From NCBI GenBank assembly GCA_019429125.1, contig JAHYJO010000007.1, forward strand, positions 1-58,755: a DNA stretch of 58,755 nucleotides. The letters run 5' to 3'. Numbering within the stretch: position 1 is the first letter of the stretch; each line of letters begins with the position of its first letter. The notes under the pieces were generated by a model that was not told the DNA's origin, made no database searches, and saw only the letters and a list, made by a program, of their open reading frames with translations. The position numbers and the translations under genes are program-made. This document shows, piece by piece, positions 18,742 through 28,348 of the stretch. Source of the stretch: Nanobdellati archaeon. GTDB taxonomy: Archaea > EX4484-52 > GLR71.

Positions 18742-19455
18742 TTATTTCTCAAATTCTTTCAGCACCTTTTCAGGGTCTAAGTTTAAGTCAAACTTGTTGA
18801 AGAATTGTACTATATTTTCAACATCACGTCTCTGGAACTGTTTGGCCATGGGATGATTCAACAATACTGACTGACCTACGTCTATTATTACTGGTTTGCC
18901 CTCGCGTATAATGATATTGAACTCGCTTAAGTCGGCATGGACAAGACCTGCATCAAAATAAAACTTTTTCATCTCAGATAAGACCATATCAAACATCTCT
19001 TTAGGATTGTCTAATTTTGTCTTTGCAAGATGTTTGGCAGGAAGACCATTGTCAGTTACAAGTTCCATAATTAGAATGTTTCCCATAAAAGCTATTGGGT
19101 TCGGGCTTGAAACACCACTGGTATGCACTTTCTTTAAGTTACGGTATTCTTTTGCGCACCAGGCATACACAAGCTTTTTCTTGTTGTTTCCTATACTGAA
19201 GAATCTCCTATCACCTTTTATGTAATCTTGCATCTTCTGGAAACTTGAGGTCTCAATCATGTATATCTTTACTGCTATTGGAGTGTCATCATCGGCGAGC
19301 GCATTGAATACTTGGCCTTCTTTTCCGGATTTGATTATGCCTGACAATACTGCTATATGTTTTTTTGCCTTTAATTTTTCAAGAGTCCGAACTGTGAGTG
19401 CATCAAATACATCTTCGAAAATCTTTCTGTCTTTATTAATCTTCTGCTTCGCCAT
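18742..19455 (-). CDS. rio1: RIO1-family serine kinase
   Basis: SGKEGQVF, AVKIY, KEYRNL, LVHADLSEFNI and IIDVGQSV. Confidence 0.95.
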   Translation of the reverse strand: MAKQKINKDRKIFEDVFDALTVRTLEKLKAKKHIAVLSGIIKSGKEGQVFNALADDDTPIAVKIYMIETSSFQKMQDYIKGDRRFFSIGNNKKKLVYAWCAKEYRNLKKVHTSGVSSPNPIAFMGNILIMELVTDNGLPAKHLAKTKLDNPKEMFDMVLSEMKKFYFDAGLVHADLSEFNIIIREGKPVIIDVGQSVLLNHPMAKQFQRRDVENIVQFFNKFDLNLDPEKVLKEFEK

Positions 19456-19498
19456 ATATAGATTATGGTGATGAAGTTATTTAAAAAAGATGCAGACA

Positions 19499-19948
19499 TT
19501 ATTTTTTGAGTTCCTCGTATATAGCTTCTGGGGATATGTCACTTTTTTTGCAGCCCATTTCATGCAGATGATTAACAAGTTCGTCTTTTGAGATACACTT
19601 TAGTTTGTGAGAATACAAGTACTGGAGGAGAAAATAAATAGTCTTGTAATCATAATTCAATTCAGAGTCCATACATTCAATCAAATGATTCCACATTTTT
19701 CTTTGTCCCATTAGAACTATAAACTGTTTGTCTCTTTTAGGGTCTGGATTGTCTAAAGGGTTAAAGGAATAAGAACTGTCGATACCTAATGAGAAGAAAT
19801 CTCTGAATGGCTTAGATGATACTTTTAAATAGATATATCTAGGCTGTTCACTAATATCAGTGTCATATGTTCCTTGGAGCTCTATCCTTATCTGACCGAT
19901 TGGTGAATACTTCATATTTTTTATTTCATCACCATAATTGATTTTCAT
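19499..19948 (-). CDS. Hypothetical protein (orphan)
   Basis: 149-aa ORF; no motif recognised. Confidence 0.6.
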   Translation of the reverse strand: MKINYGDEIKNMKYSPIGQIRIELQGTYDTDISEQPRYIYLKVSSKPFRDFFSLGIDSSYSFNPLDNPDPKRDKQFIVLMGQRKMWNHLIECMDSELNYDYKTIYFLLQYLYSHKLKCISKDELVNHLHEMGCKKSDISPEAIYEELKK

Positions 19949-20070
19949 AAAATAAATATAGGTTCTAAATTATAAAAATATTGCTGAATTATTTAATAAA
20001 ATAAAATCAATAAAAATTAGATAGAGTCAAAACAATGAAAAATAAAAGATAATAAAATCACTAATACACT

Positions 20071-20280
20071 AAATCATATATGTCTAAATCATATATAGCT
20101 AAAACATATATAGCTAAAACATATATGGTTAAAACATATATAGCTAAAACATATATGGTTAAAACATATATGGATAAATCATATATGGATAAATCATATA
20201 TGGATAAATCATATATGGATAAATCATATATGGATAAATCATATATGGATAAATCATATATGGATAAATCATATATATAC
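20071..20280. repeat. 14 x 15-bp tandem array (consensus AAA(T/A)CATATATGGAT)
   Basis: Contiguous units with no spacers; variants are clustered along the array. Confidence 0.93.
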
Positions 20281-20305
20281 AATTGGATAAAATCACGAAA
20301 TCAAA

Positions 20306-20656
20306 TCAAGATTCCAGTTCTTTAAGATAACCTTTGGTCTGCATCAATGCTGCTTGGTGTCTTGTAAAAGTATAGATTACATCTCCTTTCTCGTCACTTT
20401 CAACTTCCCATGGTCTAACAATACAGAAAGTTCCTTCATATGCAGATACTGATCTTCGTAATTTACCTGGCACTCGGCAAACCCTTATTTTTTTGTCTGA
20501 ACATATAACTCTTGTCTTTCCAAAACCTAGTCTCTGGTCAACAACACCTAAAAGTTCACCATTTCTTGGCAGTCTAAGTCTTATAGGTTGAGTAGGATCA
20601 AATTCTGGTTTTTTCCCTTTAGAGGTTGGTTTTTTCTTTTTGAAGTTTGTTGTTAT
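20306..20656 (-). CDS. eif1a: Translation initiation factor aIF-1A (non-canonical ATA start; missed by the ORF track)
   Basis: IRLRLPRNGELLGVVDQRLGFGKTRVICSDKKIRVCRVPGKLRR...IVRPWE...KGDVIYTFT...KGYL. It lies upstream of rio1, as in the conserved archaeal cluster. Confidence 0.9.
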   Translation of the reverse strand: MTTNFKKKKPTSKGKKPEFDPTQPIRLRLPRNGELLGVVDQRLGFGKTRVICSDKKIRVCRVPGKLRRSVSAYEGTFCIVRPWEVESDEKGDVIYTFTRHQAALMQTKGYLKELES

Positions 20657-20680
20657 AATATCATCTCCAATTAATTATAT

Positions 20681-21382
20681 TTAGTTACATCTTAATAAAT
20701 ATGTTGTTCTTGTTAATTCTTTACCGTCTTTGATGCTGTAATGTGACGAAGTCTCTTTGTGATCTTTAATATCAAACTTAAAGATTATTTCGCGAGATAG
20801 TTTTTTTGCAAATTTTGTTGAACTCATGATTATGTCTATCCGTCCCGATTTTTTCTCGATGTTGGTTATAAATATTGAACTGTTCTCTTTTTCGGTTTCA
20901 GCTATTCGTTTTTCTATGTAAGCCTCGACTTCAAGCACAGTATCATTGTTGCCTCTGAGCTGGATTGTTGATTCGAAGTAACCACCTGATTTTCTTGAAC
21001 AGATTGGACAGCATTGAGGTATTATTATTGCAGTTACATCTGTTTCTGATTCTTTATCACCATGATTGTATACTGTTACTTTAACAGGTATTGATATCTT
21101 GCGCTCTAAAGAATAACCCGATGGCACTTCTATCTCTACTTTCTGTTTTTTTGATAATTTTGAAGATCTAAGTATTGCAGAATGCAAGACATCGTTAAGG
21201 GTTGGATATTTTATCCATGTATTTTTTATCATTACACTTCTGCACTCACAGAGCATTATCTTTAGGGATACAGGTATTTTCGAGGTTGGCTTAACTGTCT
21301 CTTTACCTGCGCAAGTAGGACATACTTTACCAAATAAAGTTTCGGTCTCAGAACCGCAGTTAGGACAAAATTTTCTCATCAT
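20681..21382 (-). CDS. Nmd3-family protein
   Basis: FCPNCG, CPTC and CPICSRKSGGYFESTIQLR. Confidence 0.88.
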   Translation of the reverse strand: MMRKFCPNCGSETETLFGKVCPTCAGKETVKPTSKIPVSLKIMLCECRSVMIKNTWIKYPTLNDVLHSAILRSSKLSKKQKVEIEVPSGYSLERKISIPVKVTVYNHGDKESETDVTAIIIPQCCPICSRKSGGYFESTIQLRGNNDTVLEVEAYIEKRIAETEKENSSIFITNIEKKSGRIDIIMSSTKFAKKLSREIIFKFDIKDHKETSSHYSIKDGKELTRTTYLLRCN

Positions 21383-21440
21383 AGATATAAATAGTACTAT
21401 TACTTTTTTAAATAGATTATTTTTTAAGAGGTAGAATTAA

Positions 21441-21734
21441 CTATACTTTGAAAATCATTATATAAGGCGTTTTTGATATAAATTGTATATGTTCTTTGGT
21501 TATGATATTTTTCTTTTCAAGTCCTGATATTATGTTATCGCCTATAATCATGGCTGATGTGCATGTTGAAATGGCGGAGATTATGGTAGTCATATCTGCT
21601 TTGTCACCATCAAAAAAATAATTTGATATGTCAAGGACTTTGTCATGTTCCTCAAAACGTTTTCCCAAAATGTCAGAATCACATACAGCAACGATAGTTC
21701 CTGAGTCGCTATTGTGTGTTTTTAACATAAACAT
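21441..21734 (-). CDS. DUF424-family protein
   Basis: IVAVCDSDILGKRF...FFDG; usual neighbour of aIF-2beta. Confidence 0.85.
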   Translation of the reverse strand: MFMLKTHNSDSGTIVAVCDSDILGKRFEEHDKVLDISNYFFDGDKADMTTIISAISTCTSAMIIGDNIISGLEKKNIITKEHIQFISKTPYIMIFKV

Positions 21735-21782
21735 TTTCTGAAAAACTCCATCTTATAATATTTAATCATGTTGATTTTATAT

Positions 21783-22196
21783 TTATAATTTTGATATTGG
21801 TCTTTGTGCACCACATGCTTCACATTTTAGGAATTCCAGTCTTGCAGATTTAATTACATGGGTGTCAGGTTTTCCGCATTCCTTACATAATACGAAAAGG
21901 TTTACATATTTCTTGAACTTGTCGTTTATTGCAATTGAACCAAACTTACCTATGAACTCGGCTTTTGTGCCTGACAATTCACCAAAAGTGGCAAGTTCTT
22001 TTGACATGTATTTAAGAAGTTCTTTTTCATCACGACGTATGTGTTTTGATGATGCTGTAAAATTTACGATTTCAGTACGGCTACCGATTACTATTGTTTT
22101 TAATACAGGCATCTCAAATCTTTCTGCTCCATCTGATATCTCAGGGAGCTGTTCATATGCACTATCTAACATCTTTTCGTAATCTTTGGCAACCAT
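21783..22196 (-). CDS. Translation initiation factor aIF-2 beta subunit
   Basis: YEKMLDSAY, RFEMP, KELATFG, CKECGKPDT and CEACGA. Confidence 0.94.
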   Translation of the reverse strand: MVAKDYEKMLDSAYEQLPEISDGAERFEMPVLKTIVIGSRTEIVNFTASSKHIRRDEKELLKYMSKELATFGELSGTKAEFIGKFGSIAINDKFKKYVNLFVLCKECGKPDTHVIKSARLEFLKCEACGAQRPISKL

Positions 22197-22268
22197 GTAA
22201 ATCATCCTATTATTTAAGAACATTGAGAACATATCTTTTTATTTCTTTGTTAGAGATTACCTGCAAAA

Positions 22269-22943
22269 TTATGTGAATATTTGCTGGAGCTCTGATAGGT
22301 CATCAATTATATGATTACAATATTGAACAATATCTATTCCTTTGTTGTAGGTAGTTCTTAACAGTATAAAACTCATGCCAGCATCCTTTGCTGCAAGAAA
22401 GTCATTTAAACTGTCACACACCACTATACATTTATTTGGGATTGTACCTATTGCATCTGAGGCTTTCATAAAGGTTTCAGGATTGGGTTTTGGACTTGAG
22501 ATGTCATCAGATGTTATTATTGCGTCAAGGAGGTCTTGTATTCCTTTAGGAACCACATTGTCTGTACCTGTTCTTGACGCACCTGTGAAAATTGCGATAT
22601 TGTAACCTTTTTTCTTTAGTTTTGAGATTCAAGCGGTTGAATCTTTTGGGAAGCAGTCTTTCTTGTTTTTTAGGATTTCTGAAAACTTTTTGTTGAACTC
22701 GTCTTTTAGGTACTCTTTTTTTGAAGGGTCATACGCTCCTTCTTTTTTCAGGAAATGTGTATATATTACTTCGGCGGGTTTGCCTCTAAAGCGCATGATA
22801 TCTTTGGGGGTTAGATTTATTGAGACACCAAATAATTATAATATGTTATTTATTACTTTTATGTATGTTGATATCGAATCTAATAAGGTCCCATCAAGAT
22901 CAAATATTATAATCTTTATGTTTTTTTTATTGAAAAGTTGCAT
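22269..22943 (-). pseudogene. HAD-family phosphatase pseudogene
   Basis: MQLFNKKNIKIIIFDLDGTLLDS...; two in-frame stops (TAA, TGA) precede the KPNPE and VVCDS motifs. Confidence 0.82.
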
Positions 22944-23019
22944 GTATTGATTTGTGCTATGTGGATTTAAATAAGTGTATAAAACCTATGAGAGTAGAAT
23001 AAATATGAAAATTAAAAAA

Positions 23020-23577
23020 TCAATCTTTTAGGACTTCATACAGTTCCTTATTAAGGACTATCTTGTTTATCTTTCCTAGTCGCACCTTATGGATTATTTT
23101 CTTTTGTTCAAGATTTAATAAAATCCTGTGTGTCTTTAACTTGTTCAGGTTCGGCAGGTGGGACAATTCATATTGTGGGACTTTGCCATTGTTCTCAAGG
23201 AGTGTCTCAATCACATTCTTTTCAGGACCTGTCAAAAAATTAAGGATTATTTTTGAATTAATTTTTAATGTGTGCTCTTGTCGCACCACTTTATCTGACA
23301 TTATATAATATACTAAAGTGCCTATCAAAAGACCGATAAAACCCATAAATGGCAAAAGGTAATAACTGCGGAATACTGGTTGTTTCAATCGTTGTGCGAT
23401 GATTGATTGTTTGATTTCGTCTATTGTCATGTTATCTATCTGATTAGGATCTAATCGTGATTGCTCCCGTAGGTCATGCTGGAAATTGAAATAGATGCTG
23501 ACTGACATCATCAATAATGCAAATGAGACAATTATCCCAATACCTATGATTAATTTTGGGTTATCCGTTCTGACCAT
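23020..23577 (-). CDS. Membrane-anchored winged-helix transcriptional regulator
   Basis: Two TM helices plus C-terminal LTGPEKNVIETL..NNG..Q.EL...KTHRIL.NLEQK.II.K...GK.N. Confidence 0.75.
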   Translation of the reverse strand: MVRTDNPKLIIGIGIIVSFALLMMSVSIYFNFQHDLREQSRLDPNQIDNMTIDEIKQSIIAQRLKQPVFRSYYLLPFMGFIGLLIGTLVYYIMSDKVVRQEHTLKINSKIILNFLTGPEKNVIETLLENNGKVPQYELSHLPNLNKLKTHRILLNLEQKKIIHKVRLGKINKIVLNKELYEVLKD

Positions 23578-23639
23578 AGAGTATGTAAGTATTGCTAGAT
23601 ATATAAATAGTATGCGTATTTTTTCTTATTTTTTCAATA

Positions 23640-23657
23640 GTTTCATAATAATGAAAC
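23640..23657. promoter_or_regulatory. Palindrome GTTTCAT-aata-ATGAAAC, candidate operator
   Basis: Lies in the divergent intergenic region. TAGTTTCA half-sites recur at about 23679 and 23701. Confidence 0.55.
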
Positions 23658-23756
23658 ACAATTTCAACTATAGATTGATAGTTTCAGAAAGTATTATGTA
23701 TAGTTTCAACCATAGGACGTGTATAGGTCAAAACAAAAGTTTACCTAGTAGGAACA

Positions 23757-24242
23757 ATGGAGGTAATTAAAATGAATAAAGTAGCAAAAATAATTTTGTT
23801 TGCACTTATAGTTGTTGGACTAATCGTTTCAACAGGTGTAGCGAGCCCTTACAAAGGAGACTATTCAGTACAAGATCCAAACTATAGTGAGGACAGACAT
23901 GAATTGATGCAGGATGCATTTGATACATTAAACTATGATGCATGGTACCAATTGATGACTGCTGACGGAAGGACTCCGCGAGTTGCAGAAGTTGTGACTG
24001 AAAGCAATTTTGAATTGTTTGTACAAGCACATGAAGCAGCTGAGAACGGAAATATGAAACTTGTAGCTGAACTAAGGGCAGAACTTGGACTAAATAATGG
24101 CATATGTCTGCGAGATGGAAATGACCATAGTAAAGGGTTTGGACAAGGAAATGGACAAAAGATGTCACAGAATAATTTCATAGACAATGACAACGATGGA
24201 AACTGCGATAACTTAGGAACAAACTCTAGAAGGGGAAGGTAA
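23757..24242 (+). CDS. Secreted protein with C-terminal DxDxDG-type motif (likely start 23772)
   Basis: Signal peptide, Gly-rich tail and FIDNDNDGNCD. Confidence 0.72.
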   Translation: MEVIKMNKVAKIILFALIVVGLIVSTGVASPYKGDYSVQDPNYSEDRHELMQDAFDTLNYDAWYQLMTADGRTPRVAEVVTESNFELFVQAHEAAENGNMKLVAELRAELGLNNGICLRDGNDHSKGFGQGNGQKMSQNNFIDNDNDGNCDNLGTNSRRGR

Positions 24243-24264
24243 TTACCTTTCCTTCTTATTTTTT
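24228..24264 (+). terminator. Hairpin plus T-tract
   Basis: AGAAGGGGAAGGT-aatt-ACCTTTCCTTCT followed by TATTTTTT. Confidence 0.6.
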
Positions 24265-24281
24265 AAAGCGAGGTACGCGGA

Positions 24282-24485
24282 ATGTTTTATAGATATGGAA
24301 TGAGCTATATGATTGGGTCACAGGTATTGTTTTTTGTAATCACAATAGCCTTAATTATATGGATATTAAAAGACTCAAAGCAAGACAAAAGTGATACTGT
24401 AAAAGATATACTTGACAGACGCTTGGCATCTGGAGACATTGATAAGAAAGAATATACACAATTATTGGAGACTATTAAATTATAG
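24282..24485 (+). CDS. SHOCT-domain membrane protein
   Basis: TM helix plus ILDRRLASGDIDKKEY. Confidence 0.8.
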   Translation: MFYRYGMSYMIGSQVLFFVITIALIIWILKDSKQDKSDTVKDILDRRLASGDIDKKEYTQLLETIKL

Positions 24486-25346
24486 AATCTTTATCTTTCC
24501 AGCTCTTGGCTCGTAGCAGGTGCCCTCACTCAACAGCTCATTTATCACAGCTTCTGAATCTTTTGAGGAACCATTAACTGAATCTATGACATCGTCAATT
24601 GCTGCGCCATCGCCCTCGTCAAGTGTTTCTATAATATCTAGCATGCATACCCGTAATGATTTTTCTTTCTTTTCAGGAATTTTTTTGGACTCAAGTTCTG
24701 GAATGTCTGTTGTTTTTTTAGCTGGAGATTTTTTAGAGACTATCGTTTTTTCGATATGCGTAGATAATATCTCTTTGACGTTCTCAGATTTGGGCACATT
24801 TACGTTGGTTTTTATCATGATTTTTTGATTTATATCATCATCTTCAACTGAGGATACTACTTGATTAGACTCAGAATTTAAAGATTTTTTTATTAGGGTT
24901 ATCTCTTTCTGAACTGTATCTTTGTCAAGGATGCCTTCTTCTTTTTTAAAACTTAATATCTCAAGACTGCGGAGGGTCTTTATATCAGGATTGTCTATTA
25001 TGCGCAAGACTTCAGGGACAAGATAGACCTCGCCGTTCCACTCACGTACCAAGGCAATTATATCTACTAAATCCTCATTTTTTGTGTCAAGTACCATCTT
25101 TATGTTCTGCCAGGCTTTTACCCGTATTGTACCGGTATCGTCGTCAAGAGTTATTGACGCATAGTTTCCGTCGGCAGATGCATACATGAATGTTACGCGC
25201 GCAAGAAGTCGCACCCTATAAACTTTTATTTTTCCGCCAAGGTCAAGATAATTAGTTAACTTGCCAGTATCGTCTTTGATGTAGGTATTTTCAGTCAAGT
25301 CTGAAATATTTAGTTTGTATGCGGCTTGCGTTTTTAAATTGACCAT
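24480..25346 (-). CDS. RPA2-like OB-fold/wHTH single-stranded DNA-binding subunit
   Basis: RVRL...LDDDTGTIRVKAW and C-terminal EGTCYEPRAG; downstream of mcm. Confidence 0.85.
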   Translation of the reverse strand: MVNLKTQAAYKLNISDLTENTYIKDDTGKLTNYLDLGGKIKVYRVRLLARVTFMYASADGNYASITLDDDTGTIRVKAWQNIKMVLDTKNEDLVDIIALVREWNGEVYLVPEVLRIIDNPDIKTLRSLEILSFKKEEGILDKDTVQKEITLIKKSLNSESNQVVSSVEDDDINQKIMIKTNVNVPKSENVKEILSTHIEKTIVSKKSPAKKTTDIPELESKKIPEKKEKSLRVCMLDIIETLDEGDGAAIDDVIDSVNGSSKDSEAVINELLSEGTCYEPRAGKIKIL

Positions 25347-25349
25347 AAT

Positions 25350-27371
25350 CTATACCTTCTTTATATAACCGTGTTTTGGTTCGAAAAGTTCACCATCGCG
25401 CTTAAGAGACTCTATCACTTCTTCAACTTTTGCAGAATCCATACCTTCTTCCTCTGCGCGAGTTATAAGATCTTCACGGTTGACTATCTTATCGGGACTT
25501 TCTTCCTGCATAATTTTTATCAATCTCAATACTTCCATTATCTTGTTTCTCTTGCTTGAGCCTACGCCGGAACTTAACCTGTCAATATCAATCTGGCCTG
25601 TCTCAGGGTCAATGCCTACCTGCTTAAGGCAGAATGTCAGAAGCTCAATTGCACGGTCAGCATCTTCTTTTTTGACAGTGTCTGAAAGACGTATCTTTGC
25701 ACTTGCCTCAGCAATCCTAACAAGAGCTTCAAGCTGCCTTGCAGTCAATGGAATTGGTGCTTTCTCATCATCAGGGTTCTGGTTTCTTATGTTCACATAA
25801 AACTCTTTTATTGCATCCATTGCAGGTTTTGTCAATTTAGGTGCACAGTTTGACCTTGCATAAGCAATGTATTTCCTTAACATTTCTGCATTAATCGGAG
25901 TGTCTTCTGTTTCGGGGTTCTCATGAAGTGTCAATATGTGCTGAGCTAGATGTGTATCTTTTTCCCTGTTTGGCACATCCCTAATCGGGAAGATGAAATC
26001 AAAACGACTTATCAGTGTGTCGGGCAGATTTATCTGGTCAGGAATTGATGTGTAAGGATCAAAACGGCCGTATTTTGGATTTGCAGCTGCAAGGATTATG
26101 GTTCTTGCACTTAAAGTTGCCTGGATGCTTGCCTTACTGACTGTAACCGTCTGTTGCTCCATGACCTCATGCATCGCACTTCGATCTGTGGCATCCATCT
26201 TGTCCATCTCATCAATTGCGCACATGCCGCCGTTTGCAAGGACCAGTGCACCTGCCTCAAGTGCCCAAGTTCCTGTGAATTCGTCTTTTACAGCGGCAGC
26301 TGTCAGACCTGCACCAGATGATGATTTCCCTACGACATATCTGCCTTTTGGAGCTAGCATGGAAACATATTTTAACATCTGTGACTTTGCTGCACCAGGG
26401 TCACCAATTAAAAGTATGTGGATGTCGCCTCTCGTCTTCATGCCATCAGCCCTTATCTTCTGGACACCACTGAATAGCTGGATAGCTATTGCAAGTTTGA
26501 TATTTTCATAACCGAAAATAGATGGAGCTATGGACTTTGTTAGCATCTCGTAGACATCTTTGTTGCTTGCAATCTCTTTTATCTTTTTTTCGTCGTCTTC
26601 ACTGATTTCTATGTCTTCAAACTCTTTCTCTATCGGCTCAAGGTAATTGCAGTCTATGTATATGTCTCGTCTTTTCGTTTCCTTGCCACGATCGACCTTT
26701 ATCGGCATGTCATTTAAGATGCCAGTCACACAGACCTTGTTTCCTGGAACCACCTTTCTCTGGAATGTGGGATCTACAAGATCGCTTTTTAAGTATACCC
26801 CGAGCTTTCTTGCCTGCTGGCCACCATCAAGAGATTCAGGGCTTTCTTCCACAACTATGCGCTGAACATCTATCATCTTGCGGTTTATTAACTGGAACCC
26901 GCGCTTGTTGCCACACTCGCACATGTAAGGTTTTTCAAGAGTCTCCTCGTCCTGGAGCATTGCTATCTTCTCACCGCAGGACTGGCATTCCCAGGTTGCG
27001 AATGTTATCTCCGGACGAACTTCACTTGCTTGCTTTATAAGACCTTCAATACCTATGAATTTTGAAAGGTGATAACTTCTTAGGTTCTTTATAGGTATCT
27101 TTTCAGTATTGGGGACATTCATTATCCTTAGGGGCACTTTCTTGTCCAGTTCTTCAGAACCGAGATCTATGTTTGACATGGCCTCTTCTGCTGCCTGAAG
27201 ACATTCTTCTGGATGCTCAAGAAAATGATCGAAGAGTTCAGGATCAAAACGTTCAAGTGTTTCGTAAGGTATTATGAGGGGTTGGGACTCTTGGACAGCT
27301 TTCAAAAGTTGTTTGTAACAGATATCTGTCAGAAATATTTCAAATTTTTTCAATACATCAGAGTAATCCAT
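25350..27371 (-). CDS. mcm: Replicative helicase MCM (no intein)
   Basis: GDPGAAKS, IDEMDKM, AAANPKYGRF, SRFD and ARQLEAL. Confidence 0.97.
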   Translation of the reverse strand: MDYSDVLKKFEIFLTDICYKQLLKAVQESQPLIIPYETLERFDPELFDHFLEHPEECLQAAEEAMSNIDLGSEELDKKVPLRIMNVPNTEKIPIKNLRSYHLSKFIGIEGLIKQASEVRPEITFATWECQSCGEKIAMLQDEETLEKPYMCECGNKRGFQLINRKMIDVQRIVVEESPESLDGGQQARKLGVYLKSDLVDPTFQRKVVPGNKVCVTGILNDMPIKVDRGKETKRRDIYIDCNYLEPIEKEFEDIEISEDDEKKIKEIASNKDVYEMLTKSIAPSIFGYENIKLAIAIQLFSGVQKIRADGMKTRGDIHILLIGDPGAAKSQMLKYVSMLAPKGRYVVGKSSSGAGLTAAAVKDEFTGTWALEAGALVLANGGMCAIDEMDKMDATDRSAMHEVMEQQTVTVSKASIQATLSARTIILAAANPKYGRFDPYTSIPDQINLPDTLISRFDFIFPIRDVPNREKDTHLAQHILTLHENPETEDTPINAEMLRKYIAYARSNCAPKLTKPAMDAIKEFYVNIRNQNPDDEKAPIPLTARQLEALVRIAEASAKIRLSDTVKKEDADRAIELLTFCLKQVGIDPETGQIDIDRLSSGVGSSKRNKIMEVLRLIKIMQEESPDKIVNREDLITRAEEEGMDSAKVEEVIESLKRDGELFEPKHGYIKKV

Positions 27372-27477
27372 AGGAATTAATAATTATGTCGATTAATTTA
27401 ATAAGTCTTGTTAATGTCTAAGGTAGTAAAAATAAAGAAAAGATGAAACATGTTAAATTATTCAACCAGTTTGGCAT

Positions 27478-28083
27478 CTAAAATTTAACATCAAGTGATT
27501 CATCTTCAATTACTTCAATAGGATTTAGGTCAATGTCTATACCTGTTAAATTTTCTCTTAGCTTGATTACGCTTTCCTCAATCATCTCGTGGCTTTTTGC
27601 ACCTGTGCAAATGACTTTTCCTGACTTGAAAAGAAGGAAGACCACTTTAGGTAAATCTAGACGATATACAAGACCTGGGAACTGTTCAGGTTCATATTCT
27701 GTGCCTTCAAGATCAAATGCTATCTTATTTAAGTTCAGCTCGGTCGAGAAAAATGTTGATGCGACCATGTTCTGGATAGTTAAGTCGTTTACTGCGGTCA
27801 CTTCAGGGTCAATTGCTTGTATGTCTTTCAAGAGGTTTGCAACAGCTTCATGAGCTTGCTCAACTGATTTTGTTCCTGTACAGACAATCTTTCCAGAATT
27901 AAATATTAGTGCTGCTGCTTTTGGATTCTCTAACCGATATACAAGACCTGGAAACTGTTCCGGTTCGTACTCAGTCCGTTTAAGACCGACAGAAAGACGA
28001 GTCAATGGGACTTTTTTATCAAATGCACCAGATGCAACAACATTGTGAACTTTTATGTTTTTAGGCATATTATATTCCTCCAA
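27478..28083 (-). CDS. tbp: TATA-box binding protein (likely start ATG 28068)
   Basis: Two repeats of NVVAS/NMVAS ... YEPEQFPGLVYR ... F.SGK..CTG. Confidence 0.97.
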   Translation of the reverse strand: MEEYNMPKNIKVHNVVASGAFDKKVPLTRLSVGLKRTEYEPEQFPGLVYRLENPKAAALIFNSGKIVCTGTKSVEQAHEAVANLLKDIQAIDPEVTAVNDLTIQNMVASTFFSTELNLNKIAFDLEGTEYEPEQFPGLVYRLDLPKVVFLLFKSGKVICTGAKSHEMIEESVIKLRENLTGIDIDLNPIEVIEDESLDVKF

Positions 28084-28348
28084 AGAGCAGATTCAATCCC
28101 CCGAAAAAATCTGCAGTTTTACCTCAAAAAATCCAATGCTGTAGTATGTAAGTATATAAAGGTTTTTTATTTTAATTGTACGGAAATGTTTATAAACTTA
28201 TGGTGCCTAAGGATTGCATACACGTTAGTGATAAAATATATAATTTTATGATCTTTTCAGGAGTTATGACATTGATAATTATATAGAATTTAAAATAAAT
28301 TGATGCAAAGTATAAAACATATAAGAGTCAATTATTGCAAGTGATTAC

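Noticed and set aside
20071-20280. CRISPR array
   Set aside because: The units are contiguous 15-mers with no unique spacers, and no cas operon is present.
20061-20325. Pentapeptide-repeat ORFs on both strands
   Set aside because: Open frames are expected from a stop-free 15-bp repeat, and no convincing SD is present.
22269-22943. Stop-codon recoding (alternative code or selenocysteine)
   Set aside because: All three stop types occur inside decayed genes, and TGA/TAG terminate conserved genes normally (fen, argS, top6A).
25350-27371. Intein in MCM
   Set aside because: The protein has normal length with contiguous motifs.
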